From Veleropilina oligotropha (Eukaryota): a stretch of 38,601 nt of DNA. Under the pieces are notes generated by a model. That model was given only the letters and a program-made list of their open reading frames with translations, did not search any database and was not told the DNA's origin. The stretch spans positions 186,001 to 224,601 of the forward strand of contig JBEUKZ010000122.1 of NCBI GenBank assembly GCA_048128005.1. Direction: 5' to 3'. The translations under genes were made by a program, and so were the position numbers. Below are positions 38,417 through 38,601 of this stretch, piece after piece (position 1 is the first letter of the stretch; each line of letters starts with the position of its first letter).

Positions 38417-38601
38417 GTGTCCTGATTGTAACATATCATTGTCTAGACGTGATGCCTTGCTCAGGCATTACAACCGAATACATGTCATGGCACCAATGAC
38501 ATTATCACATACAACATTACCGCAGATGCAGAATCCATCTCTGTCATCACCTCAGACACAGAATTTACCGCTGACGCAGGATAAGACACCACCCGCTGCC
38601 A
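38409..38601 (+). CDS. Zinc-finger/packaging ATPase, copy 4 (partial, runs off window)
   Basis: ATG at 38409, MHKCPDCNISLSRR... Confidence 0.75.
   Translation, partial: MHKCPDCNISLSRRDALLRHYNRIHVMAPMTLSHTTLPQMQNPSLSSPQTQNLPLTQDKTPPAA

Overview
AT-rich, repeat-dense animal (invertebrate-like) genomic DNA. A spliced host gene missed by the ORF track, a SPO16/C1orf146 (SCRE) meiotic gene homolog, has four phase-compatible exons at 456-558, 4020-4155, 16000-16101 and 17222-17300 (+). Its expected last exon is not visible, so most of the window is probably intronic. The introns hold nested transposons: RTE, I/Nimb, CR1 and L2 LINE remnants; a tRNA-derived SINE family; a non-autonomous Ginger1-like element with CCGG TSD; Helentron-like and Helitron elements; Crypton-like hairpin elements; and a ~9.3 kb hAT whose spliced transposase carries an N-terminal vertnin-like OTU domain. 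Several satellites are also present. The most unusual part is 29.8-38.6 kb: an alternating head-to-head/tail-to-tail fold-back array of an intact, intronless, virus-like two-gene cassette (150-aa basic ORF plus a C2H2-zinc-finger/Polinton-type packaging ATPase fusion). It turns round at a (TA)87 tract and at a GC-rich CCACCGGTGG repeat cluster. An assembly fold-back artefact cannot be excluded for the perfect (TA)-centred palindrome. All family assignments come from motif recognition by eye, not from database searches.
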